A stretch of DNA of 64,000 bases from Eledone cirrhosa (GCA_964016885.1 OZ024749.1:25172001-25236000), one strand, 5' to 3'. Shown: positions 47,095-62,586, counted from the first letter of the stretch. Numbers and translations are program-made. The notes: a model not told the origin generated them from the letters alone.

Positions 47095-49180
47095 TTTCTT
47101 TATTGGCCACAAGGGCTGACATCAAGAGAAACATCACAGACAGAACAGGACGGTACGATGTGGGTTTTGTACGTGTAAATATTTTTATTATTTATATAAG
47201 AAAAGAAAAAAGACATAAAACATATATATATATAAACAATAAAATGAAAATTGAAACAATGAAAAATTCCCCAATAGGGGGGAAACCTTCGAGGGTTACT
47301 CGTGGCGAAAACCACACAAAAGACCACGGCCACCCTGACTACCAGGGCAATGCCCTCTCTCAATTTTTTCCATCTCTCAAGCTACAGACGTATATTCGGA
47401 GTGGGGCCGTTCACTCGGACCATTCTCGCTACATTCACCCACCTTTCAACAAACTTGCTAGAAGGCAGCACTTGCCTCTCCACCCTGATTTTCCTCTTCA
47501 AGTGAAACTTGAAAAAGTTAATCAGGGATTCGCCGAAGAGTAAAGTGTTTGTCTTTAATCCTTTTAACCTTGTCCACCACACAATCTCTTTCGCCATGGC
47601 CACCAGGCAGATGAAAGCCGCCTGCCCTTCCTCCTCAAAGGAAGACGGCGAGACCATCTGCACAATGGACTCAGTCGACAACCGAATCAGTCCCACACGT
47701 GATAGCAACTGTTCGACTCCACAAGTCAGCAATGCTCGGGCACTGAACGAGTGCGTGCACAACGGTTTCATCGCTATGCGCGCATCTCGGACCGGCTCGG
47801 CTGACGGCACTTCCGTGCCTGTAGAGCTTATCTCGAACCGGCAGCGCTCCCCGGTAGCACTGCCAGGCCAAGGATTTTTGGAAGTTATCCATAGGCCCCG
47901 GGTTGAAAGTTCTCCGGAAGAGAGCATGCAGCTGATCTTCTTCGACGCCCAGGATCTCTCCGAGAACGTCGTCGATCTTCCCCTCCACTAGTCCTCTATA
48001 GAACGCCGAGGTGGATGTTCCACCGATACTGGTGCCCAACTGGGAGAGAGCAGTGAGCGCCTGGAGACATTCCAGTTTTCAAGCGCTATCCCTCGGTCTT
48101 TTTCTGACCCAGGACTGCAGCTCCGTCAAGGAGACGAGCTGTGGGAAAATGTGCCTGGCGAACGGCGACCACACCCGTTCACCATCAAGGTAGCACCAGA
48201 GATGTCGCAGCCTCAGCGCATGTTTGCGCATCATCAGCCATGGCATGCCCAGTCCTCCACGCAACGGGTGTTGACAGCAGATAGATCGTCTGACCATGGG
48301 AGCGCGTCCCTTCCACAAAAAGCAGAAGAAGAGGCGCTCCATTTTGGTGAGAGTTGGGCTGGAGCAAGGGACGACGGTGAGGCGGTAGCAGATGATCGAT
48401 GCGATGTACGCATTCGCCACTTCCGTCCGGCCTTTCAGGGAGAGCTTCCTCTCAGCCCATTTCTGGGTGAGGGAGGCCATCCTGCTCGTCACCTCGTTCC
48501 AGTTTTTCTCCATCTGGAGGTCCGGTCCGAACCAGACCCCGAACAATTTAGCCGGTCCGTCCGTCCAACGCCTCACGACGCTGTCAGGACGGCATGGACT
48601 TGCCTCTCCAGGTGCCTAGCTGCAAGCCCACCGACTTTTCCTGGTTTAACTTTGCTCCTGTCACCGTTTCGTATTCCTTGAGAGCGGTGCCGAGCATCTG
48701 GACGTGTCTGGTGCTCGACACCACCACGGTGACGTCGTCCGCGTAAGCCGACTCGGATTTCCCGCATCCTAGTTCGCGCGGGACGCCCCTCCAGGCCCCC
48801 AGTTTGTGCAGTAACGGCTCGAGAGCCAATACGTACAAGAGGGACGAGAGGGGACAACCCTGGCGGACTGAGCGCATGATGCTGAACGGCTGCGACAGGT
48901 GACCGTTCACCCTCACAACTGAGTAGATGTCGCTGTACATTGCTGAGATCCAACGCCTGAAAACGGGCCCGAAACCGGCTGCCTCGAGGACCAAGTTGAT
49001 CAGGGCCCAACCCTTGCCAGGTTCCTTAACCACCCTCTCTATGATATATCGCATGAGGTGGAGGTTGTCGTGTATGGATCTGTCCGGGATGGCGCATGTC
49101 TGCGCCTCTCCCACCAGACCCTTGACGACAAGCGCCAACCTCGTTGCTAACACCTTGGCCAAAATCTTTAACTCTGCGTT
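47093..49180 (-). mobile_element. 5'-truncated L1/Tx1-type element (copy 2)
   Basis: RT/C-terminal ORF fragments are homologous to copy 1, and the DQSKAFDRVDHRYLAA segment is deleted. It has the same AATAAAGAAATC-(ATT)n 3' end and is flanked by (AAT)n on both sides. Confidence 0.92.
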
Positions 49181-49191
49181 TAATAATAATC

Positions 49192-49235
<44 letters not shown>

Positions 49236-49239
49236 TATT

Positions 49240-49427
49240 ATTATTTCTACTTTAGGCACAAGGCCAGCAATTAACCAGTTCATTACTGGTACTTTATTTT
49301 ATCGACCCCGTAAGGATGAAAGGCAAAGTCAACCTCGACGGGATTTGAACTCAGATCGTAAAGGGACGTAACTATGCTGGAAAGCATGGCGTCCGACCCT
49401 CTACCGATACTGCCAATCCACCGCCCT

Positions 49428-49428
<1 letters not shown>
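49240..49428 (-). mobile_element. SINE upstream of Tx1 copy 2
   Basis: Full consensus with (AAT)n on both sides. Confidence 0.9.
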
Positions 49429-49462
<34 letters not shown>

Positions 49463-49467
<5 letters not shown>

Positions 49468-49940
49468 TAGATGCAAATAGACCTGATATAATATTAAAGG
49501 ACTTTAAAAAGAGGGTATGTCTGCTTATTGATATGTTCGTTCCAATAGACAAGAATGTATCTATAACACCATTTGAAAAATTGAGCAAGTATAAGGACCT
49601 GGAGATAGAAATTGGAAAAATGTGGAAATTGAGAACTAAAACAATACCAGTGGTTGTAGGCGCTCTGGGAATGATATCTAAGGGGTCTAATGATTATTTA
49701 TCGCAAATCCCAGGAAACCCGCGTATAGGAGAAATACAAAAGATAGTACTAATGGGAACTGCCCATATACGAAGGAAGATCCTGTCAATATAAGTACATC
49801 ACAAGTCTAAACACCTAAAGATGCATGTGTGAGTATGTATGTTCTTTCTTGAACATGGTGGACCTTGGTGTCTCTTGAGGTCACTGGTTGTGACTTGGTG
49901 ATAACTCGTATGAACATAAAGCAAGATAAATGCAGCTGTA
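49463..49940 (+). mobile_element. 3' fragment of an RLE-encoding non-LTR retrotransposon (R4/Dong-like)
   Basis: The peptide RPDIILKD...LLIDMFVP...EKLSKYKDL...IPVVVGALG is a PD-(D/E)xK restriction-like endonuclease. It is flanked by (TAA)n on both sides. Confidence 0.85.
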
Positions 49941-49974
49941 ATAATAATAATAATAATAGTACTATTATTATTAT

Positions 49975-50788
49975 TGTTGTTCTTTGAGTCTCAGTCATTG
50001 ATGTTAGTTAACTGGAAAGTTTGTTGAAATGAATATCAAGTCACTACCTGCAGCCTCAGATATTCGGGATGTATCGGAGGGTTCTTGCTGTTCCCAGCAA
50101 GCATGCCTTTTGAAGCGTTCCAAAAAGCGTGGCGGGGCCAATTTTCTTTAACCACCCTTGGAAACTTTTTGAGATAGTACCTACTGCGCCTATGACAATC
50201 GGAACCACTTTGACTTCATGGCAGTTCCAAATACTTTTTACCTCCCACTTTAAGTCCTGGTATCGGTTAATTTTCTCCCTCTCCTTCTCTTGCACTCTCA
50301 TGTCGAATGGGCAGGCCACAACCACAATCAGGCACGATATTTTTTTCTAGTGTCTAAAACCACCAGGTCAGGTCTATTGTGTAGCAATTTCTTGTCCGTC
50401 TGTATCCTAAAATCCCACAACACCTTCACCTGATCGTTTTCTATCACCGACTCTAGGTTATGCTCATACCACTTCTCAGAATGTGGTAAAGTGTTTACTT
50501 TGCATAGGTCCCAGTGGATCACCCTGCCCATCACATCATGTCTCCAGCCCTTATAGTGAGTCTGGGCTAGGTGTTTACACTCGGATACACTGTGAGCCAC
50601 AGTCTCCTCTCTCTCTCCACAGATCCTGCACAGTGGGCTAGCCTCCTTCTTGTAAATATGGTGTTTCAACCACTTCGTTTTGAGGGCCTGCTCTTGCGCA
50701 GCCATTAACATTCCTTCTGTAGCCTTTTTAAGGTCTCCTCTTTTCAACCAGTTCCATGTCTGTGGATCTCTGAATTCTGTTTTCTCAA

Positions 50789-50792
<4 letters not shown>
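49975..50792 (-). mobile_element. Second RLE non-LTR fragment (R4/Dong-like, different family)
   Basis: Peptides are TEGMLMAAQEQAL, the CCHC motif CRICGEREETVAHSVSEC, WDFRIQTDK..NRPDLVV and EKINRYQDLK..VPIVIGAVG. (TAA)n lies at both ends on its sense strand. Confidence 0.88.
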
Positions 50793-50826
<34 letters not shown>

Positions 50827-50843
50827 AGTTGCATTTATCTTGC

Positions 50844-50937
<94 letters not shown>

Positions 50938-53900
50938 GCGACCTACGTAGTAAATCGTATCATTGTGAGCTCCGCAAAGGTTTGTTACATTCAGTTGTTC
51001 AAAATTGCCATTCATGGAAAATTTTATTGTTAACTGAATATAAGTGCACATACATTGTTATCTGAAAAGGACACCCAAAAAGATTGTGGCCTTGAGCCCA
51101 ACATTTAAATTGTTATAATTATGAAAAAACATTTTTCTTTGAAAAATTATGGCTGACACACAGTCACTCCTTTCTCACAAACTAACACCGGACACCGACA
51201 CCACCATCGTAAATGTTACTACGTTTGCCAACACTAAAAAAAATATAAGCTGTAGCAATATTTTTAGCAATATTCATTTCCCGCCATTACCAATGACTGC
51301 AGATGTTAAAGTCCCCCTCCCCACCACCACGACCACTGCGAAAACAGAAACAAAAGAAAAAAATAAATTAACACATGATATCGAAATGAATTCAACCAAA
51401 ATGAACACTTCCACACCGAACACCACTGACGCCACCACCACCACAACTGGGCTAAAGTTAATAATAACAGAAATAACGATAACAACAACAGCAACAATGA
51501 CATTAAGAAAACCACCCTGAGTTTTACCAGAGTAGCAAAACAGTGCGAAGCATTTCAGGTAACTCAGGAGGAATTAGAAGAAGCTTATCGAACAATTAAT
51601 ATAAAATCGCGCCGAGTGGAACGGGCAACTGAGTCCCAAATCCAAAAAGTTTTGGGACATGTGTGGGCAAAAAAAACCCACATCAGACGTGGGCAGAAGT
51701 ATGGAACCGTGGACGTGTTCTTTGAAACACCACAGGAGGCTAGAGAACACTCCATGGCTCCATTAAGAAGTGACGACTTCACACTCGTCCCAAGCTATTG
51801 TGGCCAGAGATTCGTAAAGATCAGGGTCACGCACGTTCCACCGGCCATCGAAATTCCCTAGCTAATAGTTGCCCGGCATCGAGGCCAACACCAAGATAAT
51901 AAAAATAGCGAAAGAAAAGCAGGAGAACTGGTCCGGATCTGGGATGGAGCTCCTGATCCAAGCGGACCAAAAAAGCATTGAGGAGTACCCAGAGGTAATA
52001 GACCTCCTTGAAGGCAGCCACCTCACCGTAATTGTCGAGGGCAGAAGGCCTAGGTGTGTCGTTTGTGGTGAAGGAACCCACCTAAGGGCTTTCTGCCCTC
52101 AGGCTAAAAGGATGAGGCCAACACTCCTACCCACCCCAGTGACTCAACCATCAACACCACCAGCAGCTGAGATGGCAGCAACAACTGTAGCAGCAACAAC
52201 AGAAGCAACTGTAACAGCAACAACCCCAGCAACAGTAGCAAAACCACCACCACCACCACCACCCAACGCGCCAGAACTAGCACCAGCGCCTACACCATCC
52301 ACCACGCCACAACCAAAACTAACGCCTGTAGAGGATATTCCACTCCCCGGCCTATCACAACTGGAGACAGATTGTGACGACGAGGAGTGGGAAACGGTAT
52401 CAGGAAAAAAGAAAAAAATGCTCGTCCTTCCCCCTCCAAAAACAAAATACAGAGGGAAACAAATACACTATCAAACAAAAAGTTAGGACAGACATGCCAC
52501 CATCCACACCAGCATCACCAACCCCGTCACCCCAAACACCAACACCATCACCATCATTAACCCCAACACCACCATCACCTACACCACAAAAGTCACCAAA
52601 ATACGAAACAGAAACAAACCCGCAACAAACGCAAACAAAACAAAACAACCAAAACGATACACACTACACAGCATTACATTTGAACAACAACCAATTATTA
52701 CAGTTCATCCAACACAACACCAGCATCACAGAAAAAGACTACACAACAACCCAAAAGTTCACACCACCTCCACACAATCAAATCACTCGCATCACACAGA
52801 AAACGTACATGAGACTAAAACAAAAACTATCCAAAGACATCGGAGATTTCCGACAAGCACTCTCCAGGAGGATTTATAAGGACATCCCTCCTGAGGAGGC
52901 AACAAGCAGTGAAAAGAATGGAGAAACCGACCTTCCTCTACGAGAAGTAAGGTAAGTGGTCTTTCCCATCTTTTCCACTCCATTTCAACATTACCTCACT
53001 CAGAATAGGCAGCATAAATGCGCGTGGCTTGGGGTCGTTATGGAAGCAGGGCCACCTGCTCAACGACCTCATGTCACTAAACATAGATGTAGTGGCCATC
53101 AGCGAGACCAGAATCTCCGAAGCACGAGCCTTCGCACCGATCTTCGGCGGCTACGATGTGTACGCATCTCCCAGCCGTCCGGGATCGGGGGGAGGAGTCG
53201 CTGTGATTTTTCGGAGAGGTTTGGATCTTGCCATACGGGCCATCTTCCTGGAACAAGAAGGTAAGTCGGTGGTGCTGGACGTGACCAGCGGAGACGGGCA
53301 AGCTTTCATGTTAGTAGCCGTCTATGCCCAGACAGGAGCAGGGCGGCCTGGTTTCTTCCAGCGTCTGGAGACCTTTCTTGGAACGTCCCGCTCTTTAGTG
53401 TTAGTGGGCGACTGGAACGGGATCTTAGATGCACGCTGGGACTGTGTGGGATTAGCGGATAGTGGAGGAGGCTGCAAGAGCCTCACCAACCCGCTCAGGC
53501 GTTTTGAACTGTCTGACAGGTACCGATTGGATTTCCCGAATGTGCCAATGTGGACTTGGACAAATTGCATAGGGTCATCCAGATCATATCTAGATAGAGT
53601 ATTTTGTAGAGAAATAGATAGGTCTAGCATAGGCTGTCCACAATTCAAGATAGTCAGCTACACGGACAACAAATTCGTGATCAGTGTGCTTGACTTACAT
53701 AGGCTTCATAGACGAGGACCCGGCTACTGGTAGCTAAACGCGTCCTTACCAGCGCGCAAGGCCTACAGTGATCTGGATTAGCGAACTAGTTAAGCGGGCG
53801 TTGACGGGGGCCATCGTCAACAACAAGTGGTGGTTTGCTGTGAAAAGAGCAATTAGAATAGAGTCCATTAGGTTTAGTAAGGCTTTAGCAATAGAGAAAA

Positions 53901-54375
53901 ATAGAGCAGAGGGAGCATCAGTTAGAAAATTAGACGAGGCGCTTAGCAAAGGCATCACGTCCGATGTTCTTGCGGCGAAATTGGCCCTTGACCAATTCTT
54001 CAATGCAAAGCACGAAGGCTGCATTGTCAGAGCTAGGGTTCGTTCTCTCAGACAGGAGGGAACGAAAGCCGTTCAATGGGCCCGAGTGGCGGAGGCGCGT
54101 CGTGGCCACAAAGCCACGATCCGGACTTTGGTGGACCATGACGGGCGCATGCTACTCGATCCCGGGCAAATGTGTGAAGCTTTTCAGCGACACTTCGCTC
54201 AGTTGTTCGGGGTAGCGGCGGGCCGGATCGAGGGATGGACTTTAGTGTCTACCTCGACGGACTGCCGCGGCTCTCGGCCACTGAGGCGGAGTGTTGCGAA
54301 AAGCCGATAACAGCCGCTGAAGTACGGGAGGCACAAGGGGTAAATCGCCTGGTTTGGATGGTCGGCCCTATGAAC
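50938..54375 (+). mobile_element. 3'-truncated L1/Tx1-type element (copy 3): 5'UTR, ORF1, EN and linker
   Basis: Starts directly after (ATT)n. ORF1 fragments at 51149-52955 contain CVVCGEGTHLRAFC. The EN at 52990-53733 is nearly identical to copy 1, and the element ends just before RT. Confidence 0.9.
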
Positions 54376-54932
54376 TGGTTGCTGGCCTTGTGCCTAGGGT
54401 GGAAACATTTATTTCGTATTAGTTTCGGGACTCTGAATTATTAATTCGTGGTAGTCTCTTTAGTATTTTCGCCAGCCACTTGTTGACCTGTCACCGTAAG
54501 ATATACTCTGTTGATTACTACTAACTCTTAAAATGGTCTCATTACAATTCCGTCCCACCTAGGAAACTTTTCTATACCTTAGCAGTACCAGTGAGAGACT
54601 TGATGACTGTCGTTAGGGAATGGTAACCAGAAATTGTTTTTTTATATGTTTAACATTCTTGGTATTCTTCTATATATTTAGTCCATATTGATTTACTTAT
54701 TGTTTCGACTTCCTCCCCCTCCCCCTCCCTAGTATACTTGGTTGACCTCCTGCCCTGCTGTAGTTGGCACTATTAACGCACGAGTGAGTTCCTACACTCC
54801 CTCTCCCTCTTTCTTCTACTGGCAGGTCAGCTACCCCTTCCTTCCACAAATTGCCATGATAGAATTATGTGTCTCAACAACAAACTTTTGACCAATCCTT
54901 GTGACAATCACTTTTACCATATATGCAATTAT

Positions 54933-55100
54933 CCCCTGAGAACCTCGGCTATTCATATACCAGGATAAGCATGTTCAATTAGTCCAGAATTAGCCGTCGA
55001 AACGGCTTGAGCTCAGCCGTCGGGGTCCTACTCGTTCCTATTACCCACTCTACTACCCTAAGTATTGAGTACTTTGGTGCGTTATTGTCCACCTGGTTCC
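54933..55100 (+). mobile_element. Longer copy of the 14033 family with a degenerate hammerhead
   Basis: Layout is CCC-CTGAGAA...CGGCTATTC...GAATTAGCCGTC-GAAA-CGGCT/AGCCG-TC-GGGG, followed by the family tail and (TA)n. Confidence 0.6.
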
Positions 55101-55118
55101 TTACCACATTTCCTTTGT

Positions 55119-55219
<101 letters not shown>

Positions 55220-55290
55220 TATATTTATATATATATGCAGCTACATACACAGAGCAAACGCAGGGTAACATACAGAGACACACAAATGTG

Positions 55291-55347
<57 letters not shown>

Positions 55348-55858
55348 CATGAGAAGAAACAAGAATACTGCGTGGTTTGCACATGGGTTACATATAATAA
55401 AAATAGTCCTCCATCAGTAATTTTCCAACCAACATTGGTATTTCATCGCATTAAAAATCAGATACCTCAGGTTGGTGCGAGCAATAATCTAAAAAAAGTT
55501 ACTGGGACCAGTAATCGCGTAAAGAGAGGGGGACAAGTGAACAGCAAAGAAGGATAAAAACAAACCAAAGAAAGGAAATAAACAAGCAACATGGTAGTCC
55601 TGGTCAGCATAATCTGGGTGGATTCCATGAGCAAAAGGTACAGACGTCCGACGTGAGTGTGATGTAAGCAAGAAGAGGCCCACTGTTAGCCAAACGGGAG
55701 GAAGTGAGAAGGGGAGAAACAGAGAGTGAGTGCGTGGAAGTGCGAGGAAGCGGTAAGTCGTGAGAAAGTGTAACTGACAGAGGGGGCGAAAGAAGGTGAG
55801 AGAAACAGAGAGAGCGGGGAAGCAGTAAGAGAGAAACAGACAAACGCAGCCGAGGTAA

Positions 55859-55951
<93 letters not shown>

Positions 55952-55993
55952 ATGTATATATATATATGTATATATATATATATAAATATACAC

Positions 55994-56028
<35 letters not shown>

Positions 56029-56144
56029 TATCCCGGGTTCAATCGGGGGTAACCACAGATAATATATAAATACCACCATATTTACTTGGACAGTCAGGTT
56101 TCTGCTGAGAACTCACGAGTGAAATACTTCTAGCTTTTCTACAT

Positions 56145-56234
<90 letters not shown>

Positions 56235-56294
56235 AATATACATATAACAACAGGTACAAACAGAGTGCAAACACAGGCTAACATACAGACACAC

Positions 56295-56404
<110 letters not shown>

Positions 56405-58417
56405 TGTGTGTGTATATAAATATGTGCGTGTGAGTCTGTGTGAGTGTGTATATGCGTATTGATTTAGTTTTATTTGAAACATGCATTTCGACATTTTTCA
56501 CTGAATGATTTTCTTCTAATAAATTGTTATAGCTATCAGAGCATTGATTTTCACAATATGTATGAGATTCATTGACCCGATGAAAGAATGCAGGTCCTAA
56601 ACTTTATAATGTTACCCGTTCATGTAGGTATATTGAAAGTATAGCAGTGTTAGAAATGTTTGCACATGATTGTAACATCTTCTGTAGTTTCTACTTTAAG
56701 AAAAAAATAAAACGGTTCATTTTTTTTTATCAGGGAGGAATCATTTGATTTAATGACAGTGTTTCATTTTCCAAGATAGCGACTTGTTGTATAATGAAGG
56801 GAATTATCCTTAATCAGGACGCAAACTTCATCCTATATGTCATGAACTTCTTTATTATATATATATGCGCGTGTTTGTGTTTGTGTGTGTGTGTGTATGA
56901 GTGTGCGTTTATAAAGATATATAGATAGATGTGTAAATGTTTAGGTAGATATATAGATAGTTAGATAAATAGATAGTTAGATAGGTAGATAAATTGATAG
57001 AAATATAAATAAATAAATAAATAAATAAATAAATAGATAGATAGTTAGATAGATAGATAGAGAAATATATAAATAGATATATACATAGATATCTTTCTTT
57101 ATTTGCGACACAGATAGATAGATTTAATGTACAGTATCCATACATTCATTAACGACTATATCGGTGACACACTGCGCAGTTACCCCCAACCTCAGCACTA
57201 TCCCTCTGGCTTGACATGGCAGATTCCCTGCAAGGATGTGCAATGCAGTGAACACAGAATTAAGATATCTTTAAATCAATTCGTCCTTCTTATGATACTT
57301 TCAATAATAACATATCTCCCGCCTGTTGCGTTATTCTAAGTCTTAATTATATCTGTCAGGAAATCTCACTTATATTTCTTTCTGTTTATCTTTGAAATTC
57401 AGGCAAATGGCCAGGTCAAGCTGGTATCACGCTGATCATATAGTTCTGTTTTTCCCGTTTGTTTGTATGTATGTGTTTACGTGTCTGTGTGTGCATGTGT
57501 GTTAGCGTGATTTAGTGAGTGCGTTTGTAGGTATATCTGTCTCGGTGTGTCTGTGTGTGTTTTCATTTTTGTATTATAAAGTCGCGGTAAAAATAAGCAT
57601 GACATTCAGTTTGGGGAAGTTTCCTACTGATAGGAGACCTCTCCCAAGGATGTGAACAGAACATACACAACACATAATGTTTTTAAAGAATATAGAAGGA
57701 GCAGTAGATGGTTTGAAACATGGTAATCGAGAACTTGAAACATGTTTTGGTAGTCACGCATACGTGTATTCCATTCAATAGCCAGTATATGCTTCAGTCA
57801 TGGTAAGCCTCGCTAAGATAGAATCCACACATGCAATACACTGTACAGGTGATTCGTTCATATGCCATTTGCTAGGCCTGGTTAAAAGGATTACACCAAT
57901 ACAGAATATGAACACGAGAATCCGGAAACATAGTTCTAAATTTTATACATTTAGTCATTTATTAAATAATATTAAAGACAGCAGATATCTTTTCAACATG
58001 TTCACAAAGGCATAAACACTTTTAACACACGGTTGCAAGAGTAGCTTCAAATATTTAGGAACATTTTCAGGCTTGCAGAAGCAAATGGTGTAATTAATAT
58101 GCTGCATTACTGCAATGATGTATTTGGTTTTATCCAAAACAATTATGTTTCTTCTGTGTTATGTCCATACTTTCATGCGCATGTTTATTGCAATACGTGA
58201 CATGATGTGAATTTTCTTTGTATATGTGTGTGTGTGCGTGTTTGCATGTGTGTCTGTACGTTTGTGCTTGTCTTTGTGTGCGCGTGTATATATTTGCGCG
58301 TGTGTGTGTGCTATTTGAGCAACAAAACCAACGTCTAGTTCCTGGTATTGTCCTCAGAGTAATAGCTATTAAGCACGTTGTGTCTGTAATTTATATATAA
58401 AATATAAATATTATATA

Positions 58418-58485
<68 letters not shown>

Positions 58486-59488
58486 TAGATATATGTGCAT
58501 GAATATATATATGAAGAATAAATAAGTATGTATTTGTTGCAATGGACTACAACATTAAATGCGATAGCACGAGTAGTGTAGACAAATATACTTCTAAAAT
58601 TAATAAATGAAACATATATACAGTAACTGCCACAACAACAACAATACTTCTGCTAGAAATATCACATACTAAAGCTAGTGAACCCCCTTGACGATACTGG
58701 CGTCAATAGCGTTCGATGTGCAAAGGTCGGCGGAAACCTTATTAGGCTGAAAAGTACATAGCCTGACCAAGATTCTCTCATGGAATGATCAAATGAGGTT
58801 TAATTTTCTACATAGTCTAAGAAGAGTTGAAATTAATTCTTCAAGTTTTTCCAGCTCAAGCCTCATAACTTTAGTTTACCCTCGTATTTAGTTGCTTTAT
58901 TCGAGGGGTTTTTATAGCACACATACCAGTGTTAGTAGCTTTGTGAACAGTCATGTAAAGTAGAGAATTTGCAATTTTGATGAAATAATTGTTTACATAA
59001 AGAGGTTCTATAGTAGAAGTTGATAACTAATACGTGGAATTGATGAAATTTAAGAATGATATTTTAATAATATGTCTAGGATATATTTACTTAAATATTT
59101 AGCGTATATATTTACTTAAATATTTAGCCTATCTGAAATTATCAGATAGGCGAATACCATATCTAATACCATATCTAATCTAATACGATATCTAATCTAA
59201 GAAGCTGCGTAATTTAAACTCTATGCGAAACCGTAGCACTGAAATCACATTATATAGATCGCTCTAAACTCATGCTAATATGCGGACATTCGTTTGTCGG
59301 CCATTGAAAGCGGTAATTATTTAAAGAGAGACTAAATTAATAACTTCATTTGATAAACAACTATAGATTTTGGATCTTAGTCTAAATGTGTTTAATTGTT
59401 TGCATGTGTATATGTATATAGCTGTGTAGTCATTATGATGAGTGTCAATTCTATCTGTGTGCGTTTGTATATATATATATATATAATA

Positions 59489-59542
<54 letters not shown>

Positions 59543-59700
59543 AGCATATATATAATTTTTTTACGTATACATACATGCATAAACTAACTCATCCACACAC
59601 ATACATGCATACACACACACACTCACACATACACACACACACACAGTCACACATACACACACACAAACATGCACATATGTATATATATATATATTATATC

Positions 59701-59740
<40 letters not shown>

Positions 59741-59745
59741 TACAT

Positions 59746-59817
<72 letters not shown>

Positions 59818-60462
59818 ATCGATACACAATTATATACGAATATATATGTATGTGAGTGTTAGCGTGAACGTTCGTATAAGCGTCTGAGTTTGTGTTTGAG
59901 AGATAAAGACTACTAACATTAACTCATTTCTCCAATTAACACACCTGCAATTACCATACTATTCAATCGAATTAACATTTTCCTTTTAAAGAGTGTCGGA
60001 GATTGTGCCACATCAATTATTCATTGTTATAGAAATTATTTCGAATTGCTCAGCAATTTCCACTTGGAGAGATATGGTTTAAAGAGAAGAAAAGCAGCCA
60101 TTTTCATTTCAATTTCTTTCCTGTTTTTTTTCTCTTTTTATTTTTGTTTCCTATGTTTAGTTTATCATCGCCATTTTTGAAATTCATATTATTATGAATA
60201 TCTGTTTCTATTTGATGTCTCTCTTTTTCTATCCCCCCTTATTCTCTACCGCCCCCCCCCTCGCTATCTCTCTCCTCTCTCTCTCTCTCTCCACTCTCTT
60301 TCGCCACTCTCTCTCCACTCTCTCTCTCTTACTGCAATTGTGTGTTACTCTATCTCTTACATTTGTACGTTCTCTCTCTAGACACAGACCTATATATGTG
60401 TGTATGTGTGTGTGCGTATGCCTGTACATATGTGTGTATATATACATAGGTGTTTGTTTGTA

Positions 60463-60546
<84 letters not shown>

Positions 60547-60636
60547 TGTGTGTTTGATTATATGTATACTCTATGTTTACATACACAAATATTTACAGTC
60601 AAACACAAAGAGACATACATATAGAATTATTATTGT

Positions 60637-60707
<71 letters not shown>

Positions 60708-60969
60708 ATGTATGTATGCATGTATGTATATATACATATATACATACCTAAATAAATCTCCCTCATTACCCCGAGGAAATGTATTCCAAAATTCGCTAAT
60801 GTAGTAGTAGTAGTAGTAGCAGCATCGTTGCTGTTGCTGTAGCAACTACTAATAATAAAGATATTAGGTATTTTGGTGATAATTAAAATCATCATGATGA
60901 TGAGTATGATAACGATGATTATTATTATTATGATTATGATGATAATAATGAGAAGAAGAAGAATATAAC

Positions 60970-62074
60970 TATTTCTGTTTGGCACAAGGCCAGCAATCAT
61001 TTGGCACAATACCGGCAATTATTCCAGTGTACTACTGGTGCTTCATTTTATCGGCTCCATAAGGATGAAAGGCTAAGTTAACCTCGGCAGGATTTGAACT
61101 CAGGCCGTAAAGGGACATGACTCTATGTTGCAAAGCTTGGCGTCCGACTCTTTACCGATACTGCTAATCCACCAAGAATAAAACGATAGTAAATCTGAAA
61201 GTTTAAATTTATAATTTGATGATTTCGTCATTATTGGAAGTCATCAAGATTTCACGGGCAAAAATCAACCGGAAGGATGTCCAGGAGTGGACCCCGAGGA
61301 AGAAGGTCGGATAACATCCATGAGTTTCGCTGGTCTTGCTTGGGGATCAAGCCGGACCAATTAGAACTGTTGCTTCTGACAGGACCCGCCGGAAGGAGTG
61401 TTTGAGGACTCTGCCACCAGGACCCTATCGGGAATAAATGGGCAAAGAAAAGAAGATTTCCTATTTAGGCAGAATCCAGCAATTTGGGGGAAGGGAAAGC
61501 GATGTCAGTACTTGACATATTTTGGTTTATCGGGCGCGGGAGGATTAAAAAGCGAAGACCACCTTGGTCGGATTTGAACTCAGAACGTAATTCCGACAAT
61601 CCACTGCAAAGGTTGTTTTATTGATGTAGTTATTACGATTCGGGAATCGATATTTCGTATGGAATGGAAGAGCAGATTATTGGATGTTTCGGTAGGGCGT
61701 CGAACTACATGCTTTGTGGTATATGGTTACATCACTTCCTGCTCTGATTTGAAGTCCCGCCGAGGCTAGCTTTCCCTTTCATCTTTACTTGGTCAATAGA
61801 ATAAAGAATCATTACAGAACTGGGATCGGTTTAATCGAATTTCCCCTCCTCCCAAATATCTAGTCTTGGGTTGTTGGTCAGCAGAATAGTAGCATGATAG
61901 AGCATCGGATAAAATTATCTCTCCATAGTAACATGCTTCGGTTATATACATGTTCAACTCTGCTTTTCATTATCCCGGGGTCACTAAATCAGGAACTGGG
62001 GTCGATATAATCAATATAATCAACTTTCCCTTTCTATGGACTTTAGCTACTGTTTGAAAGAATTTCTATTATTT

Positions 62075-62132
<58 letters not shown>

Positions 62133-62295
62133 AGTTATGGTCCTTTAAGTTCTGAGTTCAAATACTGCCGAGGTTAGATTTGCCTTTCATGGGCCCGGAA
62201 ATAAAAGAAAGTACCCGTCACACTGGGGTCAATTTAATCGATGTTTCCCTCCCCCAAAATTGCCGGCCTTGTGCCTAATGTAGAAATAGTTATTT
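60970..62295. mobile_element. Several SINE copies (60970-61175 -, ~61460-61600 -, ~61670-61870 +, 62130-62295 +)
   Basis: Consensus matches of varying divergence. Confidence 0.75.
61240..61455 (+). mobile_element. RTE-clade LINE 3' remnant
   Basis: Shares gataacatccatga...gtcttgcttggggatc with the 17.6-kb remnant and ends in LPPGP-like codons. Confidence 0.5.
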
Positions 62296-62390
62296 GTAGT
62301 AGTAATCGCAGTAGTATTAGAAGCAGCATCAAACGTCATTACCATATATACATATAGAAACATATATACACACACACATACACATATATA

Positions 62391-62485
<95 letters not shown>

Positions 62486-62505
62486 GTGTGCGTATATATG
62501 TATAC

Positions 62506-62566
<61 letters not shown>

Positions 62567-62586
62567 CATATATATATATACATATT

